DNA from: an uncultured Aliarcobacter sp. | GTDB lineage: Bacteria; Campylobacterota; Campylobacteria; Campylobacterales; Arcobacteraceae | Direction: 5' to 3' | DNA length: 64,000 bases | Assembly (NCBI GenBank): GCA_963664305.2 | Contig: CAXXLV010000002.1 | Coordinates: forward strand, 288,001 to 352,000 | Shown: one piece after another, positions 11,092 to 21,519 of the stretch | How the letters are laid out: each line of letters begins with the position of its first letter | How positions within the stretch are numbered: the stretch's first letter is position 1 | The notes under the pieces: generated by a model | Database searches by the model: none | What the model saw: only the letters and a program-made list of their open reading frames with translations | What the model was told of the DNA's origin: nothing | Translations under genes and position numbers: made by a program

Positions 11092-11291
11092 ATGTACAAT
11101 TTTTGTACATTGAAAAAACAATAAGACTTAAACTAAATTTAATAAAAAGCCTTAAAAGATGAATTTTTGAATGACTAAAATTAATATTTGATAAATATAA
11201 AGATTTAGTGTAACTTTTATTTACATAAATAAAAACTTGTACAATTCTTTCCAAAAATTGTACATACTTATTTTTCTCTTTGTGATATAAT
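11092..11291 (+). promoter_or_regulatory. acnB promoter region: two TGTACA-based inverted repeats and an extended -10
   Basis: ATGTACAA-TTT-TTGTACAT 11092-11110; TGTACAATT-N9-AATTGTACA 11238-11264; TGATATAAT 11283-11291. Confidence 0.6.
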
Positions 11292-11325
11292 GACTAAACT
11301 TTCTAAAATCAAGAGGAGATAATAT

Positions 11326-13902
11326 ATGAGTTTATTAGCAAACTATAAAGCACATTCGCAAGAAAGACTTAATGAAGGTGGATTACCTGCATTACCTTTA
11401 ACTGCTGAGCAAGTTGCTGAATTAGTAGAATTATTAAAAGCTAATCCAGTTGTTGAAGCTGAATATGCATTAGATTTATTCAAAAATAAAATCAATCCAG
11501 GTGTTGATGATGCTGCTTATGTAAAAGCTGCATTTTTAAATGATATTGTTCAAGGAAATGTTTCTTGTTCAGTTATTTCAAAAACTGATGCAATTGAAAT
11601 TTTAGGAACAATGATGGGTGGATATAACGTACCACCATTAGTTGAAGCTTTAAAAATTGCTGAAGTTGCAGATGCTGCTGCTGAGCAATTAAAAAATACA
11701 ATCTTAGTTTATAATTCATTCAACGATGTAAAAGATTTAATGGATGCTGGAAATGCAAAAGCTAAAGAAGTAATCGAATCTTGGGCAAATGCTGAGTGGT
11801 TCACAAACAAACCAGCTTTAGAAAAAGAAATTACATTAACTGTATACAAAATTCCTGGTGAAACAAATACAGATGATTTATCTCCTGCTACAGTTGCATT
11901 TACAAGAGCAGATATTCCATTACACGCAACAGCAATGTTACAATCAAGAATGGAAAAACCATTAGAAAAAATGGCTGAATTAAAAACAAAAGGTCACCCT
12001 TTAGCATACGTTGGAGATGTTGTTGGAACTGGTTCATCAAGAAAATCAGGAATCAACTCTGTTCAATGGCATATGGGTAGAGATATTCCAGGTGTTCCTA
12101 ATAAAAGAACAGGTGGGGTTGTTATTGGTTCTATTATTGCTCCAATTTTCTTCAATACTGCAGAAGATTCAGGATGTTTACCAATTCAAGCTAATGTTGA
12201 TGCATTAGAAACTGGTGATGTAATTGTATTAAAACCATACGATGGTGTTATTGAAAAAGATGGAAAAGTAGTTTCTGAATTTAAATTAGCTCCAAATACA
12301 TTAACAGATGAAATGAGAGCAGGTGGAAGAATTCCATTAATTATTGGAAAAGGTTTAACTGCAAAAGCTAGAGCTGCATTAAAATTAGCTGCTTCTGATA
12401 TGTTTATTGCTCCTGAGCAACCAGCTGATAACGGTAAAGGATTTACTCAAGCACAAAAAATGGTTGGAAAAGCTTGTGGTATTGCTGGTGTTAAACCAGG
12501 TATGTATGTTGAGCCAATCGCTACAACTGTTGGATCACAAGATACAACTGGACCAATGACAAGAGATGAGATTAAAGAACTTGCTGCACTTTCTTTTGGT
12601 GCTGATATGGTTATGCAATCATTCTGTCACACTGCTGCTTATCCAAAACCAGCAGATATTAAATTAAGACATACTTTACCAGATTTCATCAACTCAAGAG
12701 GTGGAGTTACACTTAAGCCAGGTGATGGTGTTATTCACTCATGGTTAAATAGATTATGTTTACCAGATACAGTTGGAACTGGTGGAGATTCTCATACAAG
12801 ATTCCCAATTGGTATTTCATTCCCAGCTGGATCAGGATTAATTGCATTCGCAGGTGTTACAGGTATGATGCCTTTAACTATGCCAGAATCTGTATTAGTT
12901 AAATTTACAGGTGAAATGCAACCAGGTATTACTTTAAGAGATTTAGTAAATGCTATTCCATACCAAGCAATTAAAGATGGTTTATTAACTGTTCCTAAGA
13001 AAAATAAAAAGAATATCTTTGCTGGTACAATCATTGAAATCCAAGGTTTACCAAATTTAAAAGTTGAGCAAGCATTCGAATTATCTGATGCATCTGCAGA
13101 AAGATCAGCAGCAGCTTGTTCTGTTCAATTAAATAAAGAACCAATTATTGAATATTTATCTTCAAATATTGCATTAATTGAAAAAATGATTGAAGAAGGT
13201 TACGAAGACGCTAAAACTTTACAAAGAAGAGCTGACAAAATGAAAGAATGGATTGCTAATCCAGAATTATTAGAGCCAGATGCTGATGCAGAGTACTTAG
13301 CTACAATCGAAATCGACTTAAATAAAATTACTGAGCCAATTTTAGCTTGTCCAAACGATCCAGATGATGTTGCTACATTATCAGAAATCTTAGCTGACGA
13401 GTCTAGACCTAAAAAAATTGAAGAAGTATTCGTAGGTTCTTGTATGACTAATATCGGTCTATTCAGAGCTTTAGGAGAAGTATTAAAAGGTGAAGGTGTT
13501 GCTAAAGCTAAATTATGGGTTGCACCTCCTACAAAAATGGACGAAGCTCAATTAACTGAAGAAGGTTACTATGCTGCATTTGCTGCTGCTGGTGCTAGAA
13601 TTGAGATTCCAGGTTGTTCATTATGTATGGGTAACCAAGCACAAGTTTCTGAAGGATCAACTGTATTCTCTACATCTACAAGAAACTTTGATAACAGACT
13701 TGGTAAAAACTCTAAAGTTTATTTAGGTTCTGCTGAAGTTGCTGCAGTTGCTGCACTTTTAGGAAGATTACCATCTGTTGAAGAATATATGGAAATCGTT
13801 TCTAAAAAAATCAATGAATCAAACAAAGATGGTGTTTATAAATACTTAAACTTCCACCAAGTTTCTTCAGATTATTTAACTACATTAGTATCTTCAAGAT
13901 AA
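11326..13902 (+). CDS. acnB: Aconitate hydratase B
   Basis: [41 protein letters not shown]; strong GAGGAG SD. Confidence 0.97.
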   Translation: MSLLANYKAHSQERLNEGGLPALPLTAEQVAELVELLKANPVVEAEYALDLFKNKINPGVDDAAYVKAAFLNDIVQGNVSCSVISKTDAIEILGTMMGGYNVPPLVEALKIAEVADAAAEQLKNTILVYNSFNDVKDLMDAGNAKAKEVIESWANAEWFTNKPALEKEITLTVYKIPGETNTDDLSPATVAFTRADIPLHATAMLQSRMEKPLEKMAELKTKGHPLAYVGDVVGTGSSRKSGINSVQWHMGRDIPGVPNKRTGGVVIGSIIAPIFFNTAEDSGCLPIQANVDALETGDVIVLKPYDGVIEKDGKVVSEFKLAPNTLTDEMRAGGRIPLIIGKGLTAKARAALKLAASDMFIAPEQPADNGKGFTQAQKMVGKACGIAGVKPGMYVEPIATTVGSQDTTGPMTRDEIKELAALSFGADMVMQSFCHTAAYPKPADIKLRHTLPDFINSRGGVTLKPGDGVIHSWLNRLCLPDTVGTGGDSHTRFPIGISFPAGSGLIAFAGVTGMMPLTMPESVLVKFTGEMQPGITLRDLVNAIPYQAIKDGLLTVPKKNKKNIFAGTIIEIQGLPNLKVEQAFELSDASAERSAAACSVQLNKEPIIEYLSSNIALIEKMIEEGYEDAKTLQRRADKMKEWIANPELLEPDADAEYLATIEIDLNKITEPILACPNDPDDVATLSEILADESRPKKIEEVFVGSCMTNIGLFRALGEVLKGEGVAKAKLWVAPPTKMDEAQLTEEGYYAAFAAAGARIEIPGCSLCMGNQAQVSEGSTVFSTSTRNFDNRLGKNSKVYLGSAEVAAVAALLGRLPSVEEYMEIVSKKINESNKDGVYKYLNFHQVSSDYLTTLVSSR

Positions 13903-13906
13903 TTTT

Positions 13907-13936
13907 AAAAGCTTAGGAATTTTCCTAAGCTTTTTT
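13907..13936 (+). terminator. Intrinsic terminator of acnB
   Basis: AAAAGCTTAGGAA-TT-TTCCTAAGCTTTTTT. Confidence 0.85.
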
Positions 13937-14012
13937 CTTTTCTAACCCTTTTCTTTTATTCTTATTTAAAAATTTGATATTATTCCTTACTAAAAAACTA
14001 AAAAGATGATAT

Positions 14013-14585
14013 ATGGCACAAAAAGATAAAATAAAATGGAATAAAAAATATCAAGAAACTACTTCATTATTAGAAGATAGAGAACCAAGTAAAAGACTGA
14101 TTAATATTGTTGAAAAAGTAAAAGGTAAAAAAGCACTTGATGTTGCAAGTGGGGCTGGAAGAAACTCTATATATTTAGCAAATAAAGGTTTTGAAGTTGA
14201 GGCTTTAGATATTTCAGAAGTTGCACTTGATAAATTAAAAAGCAAAGGTTTTACAAATATATTTTGCAATTTAGTAGATTTAGATGATTATGAGATAGCT
14301 AAAAATAGTTACGATTTAATAGTAATGACAAATTTTTTAGATAGAAATATAATTTCTAAACTTGCAAATGCATTAAATGTAAATGGTGTACTTTTTATAG
14401 AAACTTATATGGATGATGAAGTAAATGAAAAACCACCTTCAAATCCAGACTTTTTACTAAAAAAAGAGGAACTTAAAACATTTTTTAATGAAAATTTTAA
14501 AATATTGGATTATGAAGAATTTTTAAATGAAGAGTGTGAAATTTACAGAATGAAAAAACAATTTATTGCTGTTCAAAAACTTTAA
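14013..14585 (+). CDS. Class I SAM-dependent methyltransferase (TehB-like)
   Basis: ALDVASGAGRNSIYLA, ALDIS. Confidence 0.85.
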   Translation: MAQKDKIKWNKKYQETTSLLEDREPSKRLINIVEKVKGKKALDVASGAGRNSIYLANKGFEVEALDISEVALDKLKSKGFTNIFCNLVDLDDYEIAKNSYDLIVMTNFLDRNIISKLANALNVNGVLFIETYMDDEVNEKPPSNPDFLLKKEELKTFFNENFKILDYEEFLNEECEIYRMKKQFIAVQKL

Positions 14586-14675
14586 TAGAAGTTATAAAAG
14601 AAATATTTTTATAAAATTCATATTTTATTAACAATAAATGTATTATCATAGAGAAAATTTTTTTAAGGAAAAAAC

Positions 14676-15269
14676 ATTTCAGCGTCAAAAGAAAACAAAA
14701 AAAATACTATTATAGAAAATGCATTAAAGCTTTTCTCTCAAAAAGGTTTTTATAATACTACAATCCCAGACATTGCAAAAGCAATGAAAATGAGTGTTGG
14801 AAATATGTATAATTATTTTGCTTCAAAAGAAGAATTAGCTAAATTTGCAATAAAATATTCAACAAATATTTTAGCTGATGAATTAAGAGAAGTTAATAAT
14901 ATGGATATTTCATCAAAAGAGAAAATATATATATTTGTAAAAAAATATTTAGAAAATGTTCAAAAATCTCCTGAAATTATTGAGTATTTTTTAAGAGTTT
15001 ACTTATCAAATAGAGAAGTTTTCAAACAAGGATGTGAAGGCTTTTTATGTGTTGGAGAGTTTGTAACAGAAGTTATGATTTTACTTGATGATGGTGCACA
15101 AAAAAAAGAGTTTAGAGAACAAGAATTTTTTCCTGCATTTGGAATGATTATGGGATGTTTAGGTGGATTTGCATTTTTAAGTGGAGAAAATGTACTTGAT
15201 AAAGAACTATTAAGTTATTCAGATGCTGTTGCTGATAATATTTATCGAGCATTAAAGTATGATAAGTGA
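14676..15269 (+). CDS. TetR/AcrR family regulator, probable ATT start
   Basis: In-frame extension upstream of ATG 14784 gives ISASKENKKNTIIENALKLFSQKGFYNTTIPDIAKAMKMSVGNMYNYF, a complete TetR HTH. SD AAGGA 14665-14669; in-frame TAA at 14664-14666. Confidence 0.85.
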   Translation: MSASKENKKNTIIENALKLFSQKGFYNTTIPDIAKAMKMSVGNMYNYFASKEELAKFAIKYSTNILADELREVNNMDISSKEKIYIFVKKYLENVQKSPEIIEYFLRVYLSNREVFKQGCEGFLCVGEFVTEVMILLDDGAQKKEFREQEFFPAFGMIMGCLGGFAFLSGENVLDKELLSYSDAVADNIYRALKYDK

Positions 15270-16152
15270 ATCTAAACCAACAGTTGTATGGTTTCAAGCA
15301 ATAACATGTAATGGAAATACGCACTCATTATTGAGTGCAAATTCAAATAGATTTGAATTATTTTTAGATAATTTCGATTTTATTTATCATCCTAGTTTAA
15401 CAATTAACAAAACACTTGAAGATATTTTAGAAAATGAAGAAAAAATAGACTTTTTACTAATTGAAGGTTCAATTTCTTCAAATGAATATATATTTTCACT
15501 AACTAACAATTCTACAAAAACTTTATTAGAAAAATTAGCTTTAAAAACAAAATATATTATCTGTGTTGGTTCATGTGCCTCTTTTGGAGGGATACATGCA
15601 AAATTTACTCAACATAATGATATTTTTAGTGTAAAAAAATCTTTAGAAAAATCAATTTTAGATAATTTAGAACATCAAATCATAAATCTTTCAGGTTGTC
15701 CTGTTCATCCTGAGTGGATATTTCAAACACTTTTTATTCTAAAAAATTATGGAAAAATTTCTTTAGATGAACAAGGACGTCCAAAAGAACTTTATAGTTC
15801 TTTAACTCATCATGGTTGTACAAGAAATGAGTATTTTGAATGGAAAGTTGAAGGTGAATTTGGACAAAAAGAGGGATGTCTGTTTTACAATCAAGGATGT
15901 CGTGGTCCTATGACACATAGTTCTTGCAATAAAATTCTTTGGAATGAAATTAGCTCAAAAACAAGAGTAGGGATGCCTTGTATTGGTTGTACAGAAGCTG
16001 ATTTTCCAAGAACAGATTTACTTGAAACGAAAAAAAATATGGGAATACCACAAGATGTTCCTTTTGGAATTTCAAAAAGAGCTTATCTAACAATAAGTGG
16101 AGTTGCAAAAACTTTTAAAATAGATAGATTACATAAAAAATTAATGGAATAA
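15259..16152 (+). CDS. Cytoplasmic [NiFe] hydrogenase small subunit (group 2d-like)
   Basis: No Tat signal; WFQAITCNGN, GSCASFGGI, GCPVHP, CIGC. Confidence 0.88.
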   Translation: MISESKPTVVWFQAITCNGNTHSLLSANSNRFELFLDNFDFIYHPSLTINKTLEDILENEEKIDFLLIEGSISSNEYIFSLTNNSTKTLLEKLALKTKYIICVGSCASFGGIHAKFTQHNDIFSVKKSLEKSILDNLEHQIINLSGCPVHPEWIFQTLFILKNYGKISLDEQGRPKELYSSLTHHGCTRNEYFEWKVEGEFGQKEGCLFYNQGCRGPMTHSSCNKILWNEISSKTRVGMPCIGCTEADFPRTDLLETKKNMGIPQDVPFGISKRAYLTISGVAKTFKIDRLHKKLME

Positions 16153-16154
16153 AA

Positions 16155-17510
16155 GTGAAGACAGTAGATATAGTAGAAAGAATTGAAGGTGAAGCAAAAC
16201 TTAACTGTTCATGGGATAATGGAATTATTAGTGATGCACGAATTGATTTTCTAAATTTTAGAGGTTTTGAATATATTTTAGAAGGAAAATCACCTTTAGA
16301 TGCTTTGATTTATACTCCACGAATTTGTGGAATTTGTGGACAAGCACATTTAAAAGCTACTGTTGATGCTTTAGAAAATATATATGAAAACATTGGTGAA
16401 AAAATAGAAGTTTCAGAAAAAGCTAAACTTTTAAGACAAATTGGTTTAAATATAGAGATTATTGATTCTCATATAAAATGGTTTTATCTGTTTATAATGC
16501 CTGATATTATTAAACTTGACAAAAATGATTTAGGAATTTATGAACCTTTAAAAGGAAAAAGATGGCTAGAAGCTTGTAAAACTGCAAGCGAAACTATAAA
16601 AGCATTAGCTGTTATTGGAGGGCAATGGCCACATAGTTCTTATATGCTTCCTGGTGGGGTAATGAGTGATCCAACTTTAATGGATTTACTTACTATGCAA
16701 AATTATCTACAAACTGCTTTAAATTTTTTTGAAAATTCAATTGCAGGAGTTTCATTAGATAATTATTTATCATTTGATAGTTTTAAAGATATAGAAAAAC
16801 TTCAAAGTGATATGAGATATTTTAAAGAATTGTCTTTTAAATATGAGTTACATAATTTTGGAAAGTCATACAATAGATTTATAACTTTAGGAGAGTCAAA
16901 TCTATTTAAAAATGGGAAAATTAAAATAAAATTGGTAAATAGAATTGATTTATCAAAAATAAATGAAAATGAAGAATTTACTTTTTCATTAAATAAGCAA
17001 AATAATAGTGAAAATAAACATACTTGGAGTAAATCAGTTTCATATAATGATAATTTTTATGAAACTGGACCTTTATCAAGAGCAATTATATCAAATAGGA
17101 AATTTATAAAAGATATTCATAAAAATTTATCAGATAGTGTATTTACTAGAGTTATTGCAAGAATGGACGAACTTGCTTTTTTAATAGATGATACGAAGTC
17201 ATTAATTTCACAAGTAAATATTTCTGAACCATCATTTATTGAACCTAAAATTTCATTGATTGATATTGAAAAAGCAAATGGAAAATCTGCAATTGAAGCT
17301 ACAAGAGGTTCTTTATATCATAATGTAAACATTGAAAAAGGAAAAATTAAATCTTATGATGTAATAACACCTACTGTTTGGAACTTAGGACCACAAAACA
17401 AAAAACAAAAAGGAATTGCACAAAATGCAATTATTGGAGCTACATCAATTGAAATAGCTAAAATCATTTTGAGAAGTTTTGACGTCTGTTCAGTTTGTAC
17501 AACACATTAG
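16155..17510 (+). CDS. Cytoplasmic [NiFe] hydrogenase large subunit (group 2d-like), no C-terminal extension
   Basis: L1 RICGICGQAH; L2 SFDVCSVCTTH immediately followed by stop; GTG start. Confidence 0.9.
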   Translation: MKTVDIVERIEGEAKLNCSWDNGIISDARIDFLNFRGFEYILEGKSPLDALIYTPRICGICGQAHLKATVDALENIYENIGEKIEVSEKAKLLRQIGLNIEIIDSHIKWFYLFIMPDIIKLDKNDLGIYEPLKGKRWLEACKTASETIKALAVIGGQWPHSSYMLPGGVMSDPTLMDLLTMQNYLQTALNFFENSIAGVSLDNYLSFDSFKDIEKLQSDMRYFKELSFKYELHNFGKSYNRFITLGESNLFKNGKIKIKLVNRIDLSKINENEEFTFSLNKQNNSENKHTWSKSVSYNDNFYETGPLSRAIISNRKFIKDIHKNLSDSVFTRVIARMDELAFLIDDTKSLISQVNISEPSFIEPKISLIDIEKANGKSAIEATRGSLYHNVNIEKGKIKSYDVITPTVWNLGPQNKKQKGIAQNAIIGATSIEIAKIILRSFDVCSVCTTH

Positions 17511-17524
17511 TGAATATTCATTCA
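17511..17524. promoter_or_regulatory. Candidate operator TGAAT-N4-ATTCA (distal, upstream of hydA)
   Basis: TGAAT-ATTC-ATTCA. Confidence 0.55.
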
Positions 17525-17724
17525 AAAAAAGTGTATATTAGTAACAGAGTTAAAAAAAACTGAATTAATATACCACTTATATGAAATTCGAACAAAAAAA
17601 TCACCTAAATACCATAAAATCAAAGATAAAAACTATAAATATTTTTATAAAAACTTAAATGTTATTTTAATGCTATTTTTAAATGTTTATTATTAAGTAA
17701 GACCTAAGTTTCTTATTGTTACTT

Positions 17725-17751
17725 TACAATAAAGTAAATGAATATTCATTT
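17725..17751 (+). promoter_or_regulatory. hydA -10 box with adjacent palindromic operator
   Basis: TACAAT 17725-17730; TAAAT-GAAT-ATTCA 17735-17748 overlapping the perfect palindrome AAATGAATATTCATTT 17736-17751. Confidence 0.6.
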
Positions 17752-17765
17752 TAAGGAGCAAAACT

Positions 17766-19001
17766 ATGATTGATTCAACGGAAATGGTAAAAAAAGTTTT
17801 TACCCAAAAGTCAGGAAAAGTTGAAACAAATAAAGGTGAAGTTTACTACAACTCTTTATTTGAGAAAACTAAACAAAGATTAAAAGATTTAAGAGCACAA
17901 GAACCTCTTAAAGATATTGATATGATGGATATAATTGAAAGTGAAGGAATAAATAGAAGAGATTTTATGAAGTGGGTTAGTGCTACAACTGCTACACTTA
18001 TGCTTCCTCCTATGTTTGCTCCACTTGTTGCAGAAGCAACTGAACTTATGAATAGAGTTCCAGTTATCTGGATAGAGTTACAAGACTGTGCTGGAAACTC
18101 TGAAGCTCTTTTAAGAAGTTCAGCTCCAACAGTAGATGACTTATTATTTGATGTGTTAAGTTTAGAGTATCATGAAACGCTACAAGCTGCTGCTGGACAT
18201 GATGCAGATAAACAACTTGAAGAAGCTGTTGAACACTTCAAAGGTAAATATATATTATTTGTTGAAGGTGCTATTCCAATGGCTATGAATGGTCAATATG
18301 GAACAATTGGTGCTATGGGTGAAACTTTCCATGACCATCTTGTAAGAATGTCAAAAGATGCTGCAGCTGTTGTTGCTGTTGGTACTTGTGCAACATTTGG
18401 AGGAATTCCTGCTGCTGCTCCAAATCCAACTGGTGCTGTTGGTGTTATGGATATTGTAAAAGGTAAGCCAATTATTAATATTCCTGCATGTCCTGCAAAC
18501 CCAGCTAACATGGTTGGTGTTGTTTTACACTATGTATTAACTGGACAAATTCCAGAACTTGATTCTTTACTAAGACCTAAATTTGCATTTGGATATAGAA
18601 TTCATGATAACTGTGAAAGAAGAGCACACTTTGATGCTGGTGAATTCGTAGAAGAGTGGGGTGATGAAGGTGCTAAAAATAACTGGTGTTTATATAAAGT
18701 TGGATGTAAAGGTCCTATGACATTTAATAACTGTTCAATCATCAGATATAACGAAGGTACAAACTGGCCAATTGGGGTTGGAAGAGGATGTATTGGATGT
18801 TCTGAGCCAGATTTCTGGGATAAATATGCTTATGAAAGACCAATGGCTGATGCAAAAATTAAAGCACCAACAGGCGGAGTTGAAAAAACAGTTGATGAGT
18901 TTGGTCTTGGATTATTAACAGCAACGGCTGTAGGTATTGGAGTTCATGCAGTTGCAAGTGTTGTTGCTGGTAAAAAATCAAATGAAGGAGAAGAAAAATA
19001 A
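17766..19001 (+). CDS. hydA: Membrane-bound [NiFe] uptake hydrogenase small subunit (group 1b-like)
   Basis: Tat motif RRDFMK at residues 64-69, QDCAGNSE, FeS cysteines, C-terminal TM anchor. Confidence 0.93.
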   Translation: MIDSTEMVKKVFTQKSGKVETNKGEVYYNSLFEKTKQRLKDLRAQEPLKDIDMMDIIESEGINRRDFMKWVSATTATLMLPPMFAPLVAEATELMNRVPVIWIELQDCAGNSEALLRSSAPTVDDLLFDVLSLEYHETLQAAAGHDADKQLEEAVEHFKGKYILFVEGAIPMAMNGQYGTIGAMGETFHDHLVRMSKDAAAVVAVGTCATFGGIPAAAPNPTGAVGVMDIVKGKPIINIPACPANPANMVGVVLHYVLTGQIPELDSLLRPKFAFGYRIHDNCERRAHFDAGEFVEEWGDEGAKNNWCLYKVGCKGPMTFNNCSIIRYNEGTNWPIGVGRGCIGCSEPDFWDKYAYERPMADAKIKAPTGGVEKTVDEFGLGLLTATAVGIGVHAVASVVAGKKSNEGEEK

Positions 19002-20743
19002 TGGCAAAAAAACATTTAGTAATTGACCCAATTACAAGAATAGAAGGACATCTTAGAATTGAAGCAATCATTGATGAAAACAATGTTGTAACAGATGCTT
19101 ACTCTTCTTCAACTATGTTTAGAGGAATTGAAGAGATTTTAAAAGGAAGAGACCCAAGAGATTGTGGACTTTTAGCTATGAGAATTTGTGGAGTTTGTAC
19201 AGGAACTCACTATCAAAGAAGTATTGAAGCTGTTGAACATGCATTTAATATTACAATTCCTAAAAATGCAAGATTAGTAAGAAACCTAATCCAAGGTGCT
19301 TTATATGTTCATGACCATATTGTTCACTTCTATCATTTACATGCTCTTGACTGGGTTGATATCACAGAAGCTTTAAAAGCAGATCCTAAAGCAACAGTTG
19401 CAGAAGCTCAAAAATGGGCAGCAGTTTCAGGACATAGACCATGGAATGCAACAGAAGATGTTTATGCACAAGTTCAAGAAAGAGTTACAAAATATGTAAA
19501 ACAAGGAAGACTTGGGATTTTTGGAAATGCATATTGGGGAAGCAAAGGATTTAAACTTACTCCTGAGCAAAACTTAATTGGACTTTCACACTATTTAGAT
19601 GCACTTGAATTACAAAGAGATTTAGCAAAAATGATGGCTATTTTTGGTGGTAAAAATCCACATCCACAATCTTTCGTTGTTGGTGGAGTAACTTGTGTTC
19701 AAGATATTAAAAATCCTGCAAGAATTGCAGAATTTAAACAAATCTTAAAAAGAGGTCAAAAGTTCACTAAAGAAGCATATTTACCAGATGTTTATATGGC
19801 TGGAACAATGTATGCAGAAGAAGCATTAGAAGGAATTGGTGGTGGTTTAGGAAACTATATGTCTTATGGAGACTTTAGATTAGATGATTTACCATTCTAT
19901 GAATCTTCAAAATTATTCCCTTCAGGAATTGTAAAAAATAAAGATTTATCAAAAGTTTATGAAATTGACCAAACAAAAATTACAGAAGATGTAACTCATG
20001 CTTGGTATGAAGGAAATACAAATCTTCACCCATTTGATGGAGTAACAAAACCTAACTATACAGGATTTGGTAAAAAAGAAGATAATATCGCTTATTTAGA
20101 TACAACTAAAAAATATTCTTGGATTAAATCACCATTATATAATGATGAAAGAATGGAAGTTGGACCATTAGCAAGGATGATTGTTGGTGTTGCTAAAGGT
20201 GATGAAAGAATTACAAAATATGTAACAACTTTCTTAAAAAATGGTAATTTACCAACAAAAGTATTATTCTCAACAGTTGGAAGAACAGCTGCAAGAGCTA
20301 TTGAAACTGAATTAATGGCTGATGTTATGATGGAATGGGTTGATGAATTAGCATCAAACGTTGCACATGGTGATTTATCAACTTGGACAGAATTTAACTT
20401 TGAAAATGTTTCTAAAGATTGTCAAGGTTATGGAATGGCTGAAGCTCCAAGAGGTGGATTAGGTCACTGGATAAAAATAAAAGATGGTAAAGTTGTAAAT
20501 TATCAAGCAGTTGTTCCATCAACTTGGAATGCAGCACCAAGAGATTATAAAGGAAGATTAGGTGCTTATGAATCATCATTAATTGGTACAAAAGTAGCAA
20601 ATCCTGATCAACCACTTGAAATTTTAAGAACTGTTCATAGTTTTGACCCATGTATTGCTTGTGCAGTACATATTATTGATACTAACGGTAAAGAGTTAGG
20701 AGTTTATAAAGTAGATCCAATTGGAGGAACAAGCCGTGCCTAA
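19001..20743 (+). CDS. hydB: Membrane-bound [NiFe] hydrogenase large subunit
   Basis: DPITRIEGHL, RICGVCTGTH, DPCIACAVH plus cleavable C-terminal tail. Confidence 0.96.
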   Translation: MAKKHLVIDPITRIEGHLRIEAIIDENNVVTDAYSSSTMFRGIEEILKGRDPRDCGLLAMRICGVCTGTHYQRSIEAVEHAFNITIPKNARLVRNLIQGALYVHDHIVHFYHLHALDWVDITEALKADPKATVAEAQKWAAVSGHRPWNATEDVYAQVQERVTKYVKQGRLGIFGNAYWGSKGFKLTPEQNLIGLSHYLDALELQRDLAKMMAIFGGKNPHPQSFVVGGVTCVQDIKNPARIAEFKQILKRGQKFTKEAYLPDVYMAGTMYAEEALEGIGGGLGNYMSYGDFRLDDLPFYESSKLFPSGIVKNKDLSKVYEIDQTKITEDVTHAWYEGNTNLHPFDGVTKPNYTGFGKKEDNIAYLDTTKKYSWIKSPLYNDERMEVGPLARMIVGVAKGDERITKYVTTFLKNGNLPTKVLFSTVGRTAARAIETELMADVMMEWVDELASNVAHGDLSTWTEFNFENVSKDCQGYGMAEAPRGGLGHWIKIKDGKVVNYQAVVPSTWNAAPRDYKGRLGAYESSLIGTKVANPDQPLEILRTVHSFDPCIACAVHIIDTNGKELGVYKVDPIGGTSRA

Positions 20744-21437
20744 AATAAAAGAGGTTAAAAGAATGACAGGAACTATGAGAATCATACATTGGGCAAATGC
20801 TATATGTATGGTAGTTGCTGTTGTAACCGGTTTATATATAGGTCATCCATACTATCAAACATTTATAGCAGATCCAGCAGTGGATAAATATGTAATGGCA
20901 TGGAATAGATGGGGACATTTTATTGTTGCAATTATTTTTGACGTAACTGCTGTATTAATTGGTTATTTATACTTCTTTTCAAGATTTGAAAAACCATATA
21001 AAAAACTAATTCCTACAAAGAAAAATATTGTTGAATTTTGTGAGGTATTTTTAAATTTAATTACTTTTAATAGAAGAAAAAATTTTGATTCTTCTCATAG
21101 TGATAGTTATAATATTGTATTTTTTACAATATTTCACTTATTGTTAATATTTATGTTATTTACTGGACTTCAGTTATATGTTCATGGTTTAGCTTCAGGA
21201 AACAGCTCTATTGGTGCTTGGTGGCCTGCCATGTTACATTTAACAACAGATTGGACTATAACAGTTTTTGGTGGAAATATGGGAGTTAGAATTGCTCATC
21301 ATACATCAATGTATTTGATTTTAGTTTGGGTAATGTGTCATATTTATTATCAAATCTGGAGAACAATCTTCTGGAAAGAGGGAGATATTGCTATTGTTAT
21401 TGGTGGTAGTAAATTTGTAAGAGAAGAAGAGAAATAA
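20736..21437 (+). CDS. hydC: Hydrogenase b-type cytochrome subunit
   Basis: RIIHW, four TM segments with heme-ligating His. Start likely GTG 20736 after GGAGGA. Confidence 0.9.
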   Translation: MPKIKEVKRMTGTMRIIHWANAICMVVAVVTGLYIGHPYYQTFIADPAVDKYVMAWNRWGHFIVAIIFDVTAVLIGYLYFFSRFEKPYKKLIPTKKNIVEFCEVFLNLITFNRRKNFDSSHSDSYNIVFFTIFHLLLIFMLFTGLQLYVHGLASGNSSIGAWWPAMLHLTTDWTITVFGGNMGVRIAHHTSMYLILVWVMCHIYYQIWRTIFWKEGDIAIVIGGSKFVREEEK

Positions 21438-21506
21438 GACTAAGCGCAAAGCTTAGTCTTATAACTTTTTTATAAGTTTAAATTGTAGATTTATAAAAGA
21501 GTTATA
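21435..21506 (+). terminator. Tandem hairpins between hydC and hydD (terminator or processing element)
   Basis: TAAGACTAAGC-GCAAA-GCTTAGTCTTA 21435-21461, then a 21-bp stem 21460-21480/21486-21506. Confidence 0.65.
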
Positions 21507-21519
21507 AAGGGTGTAATTT

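Noticed and set aside
14607..14620. Autoregulatory copy of the operator upstream of tetR
   Set aside because: Only the ATTCA half-site matches; the lack of a full site is a caveat for assigning the motif to TetR
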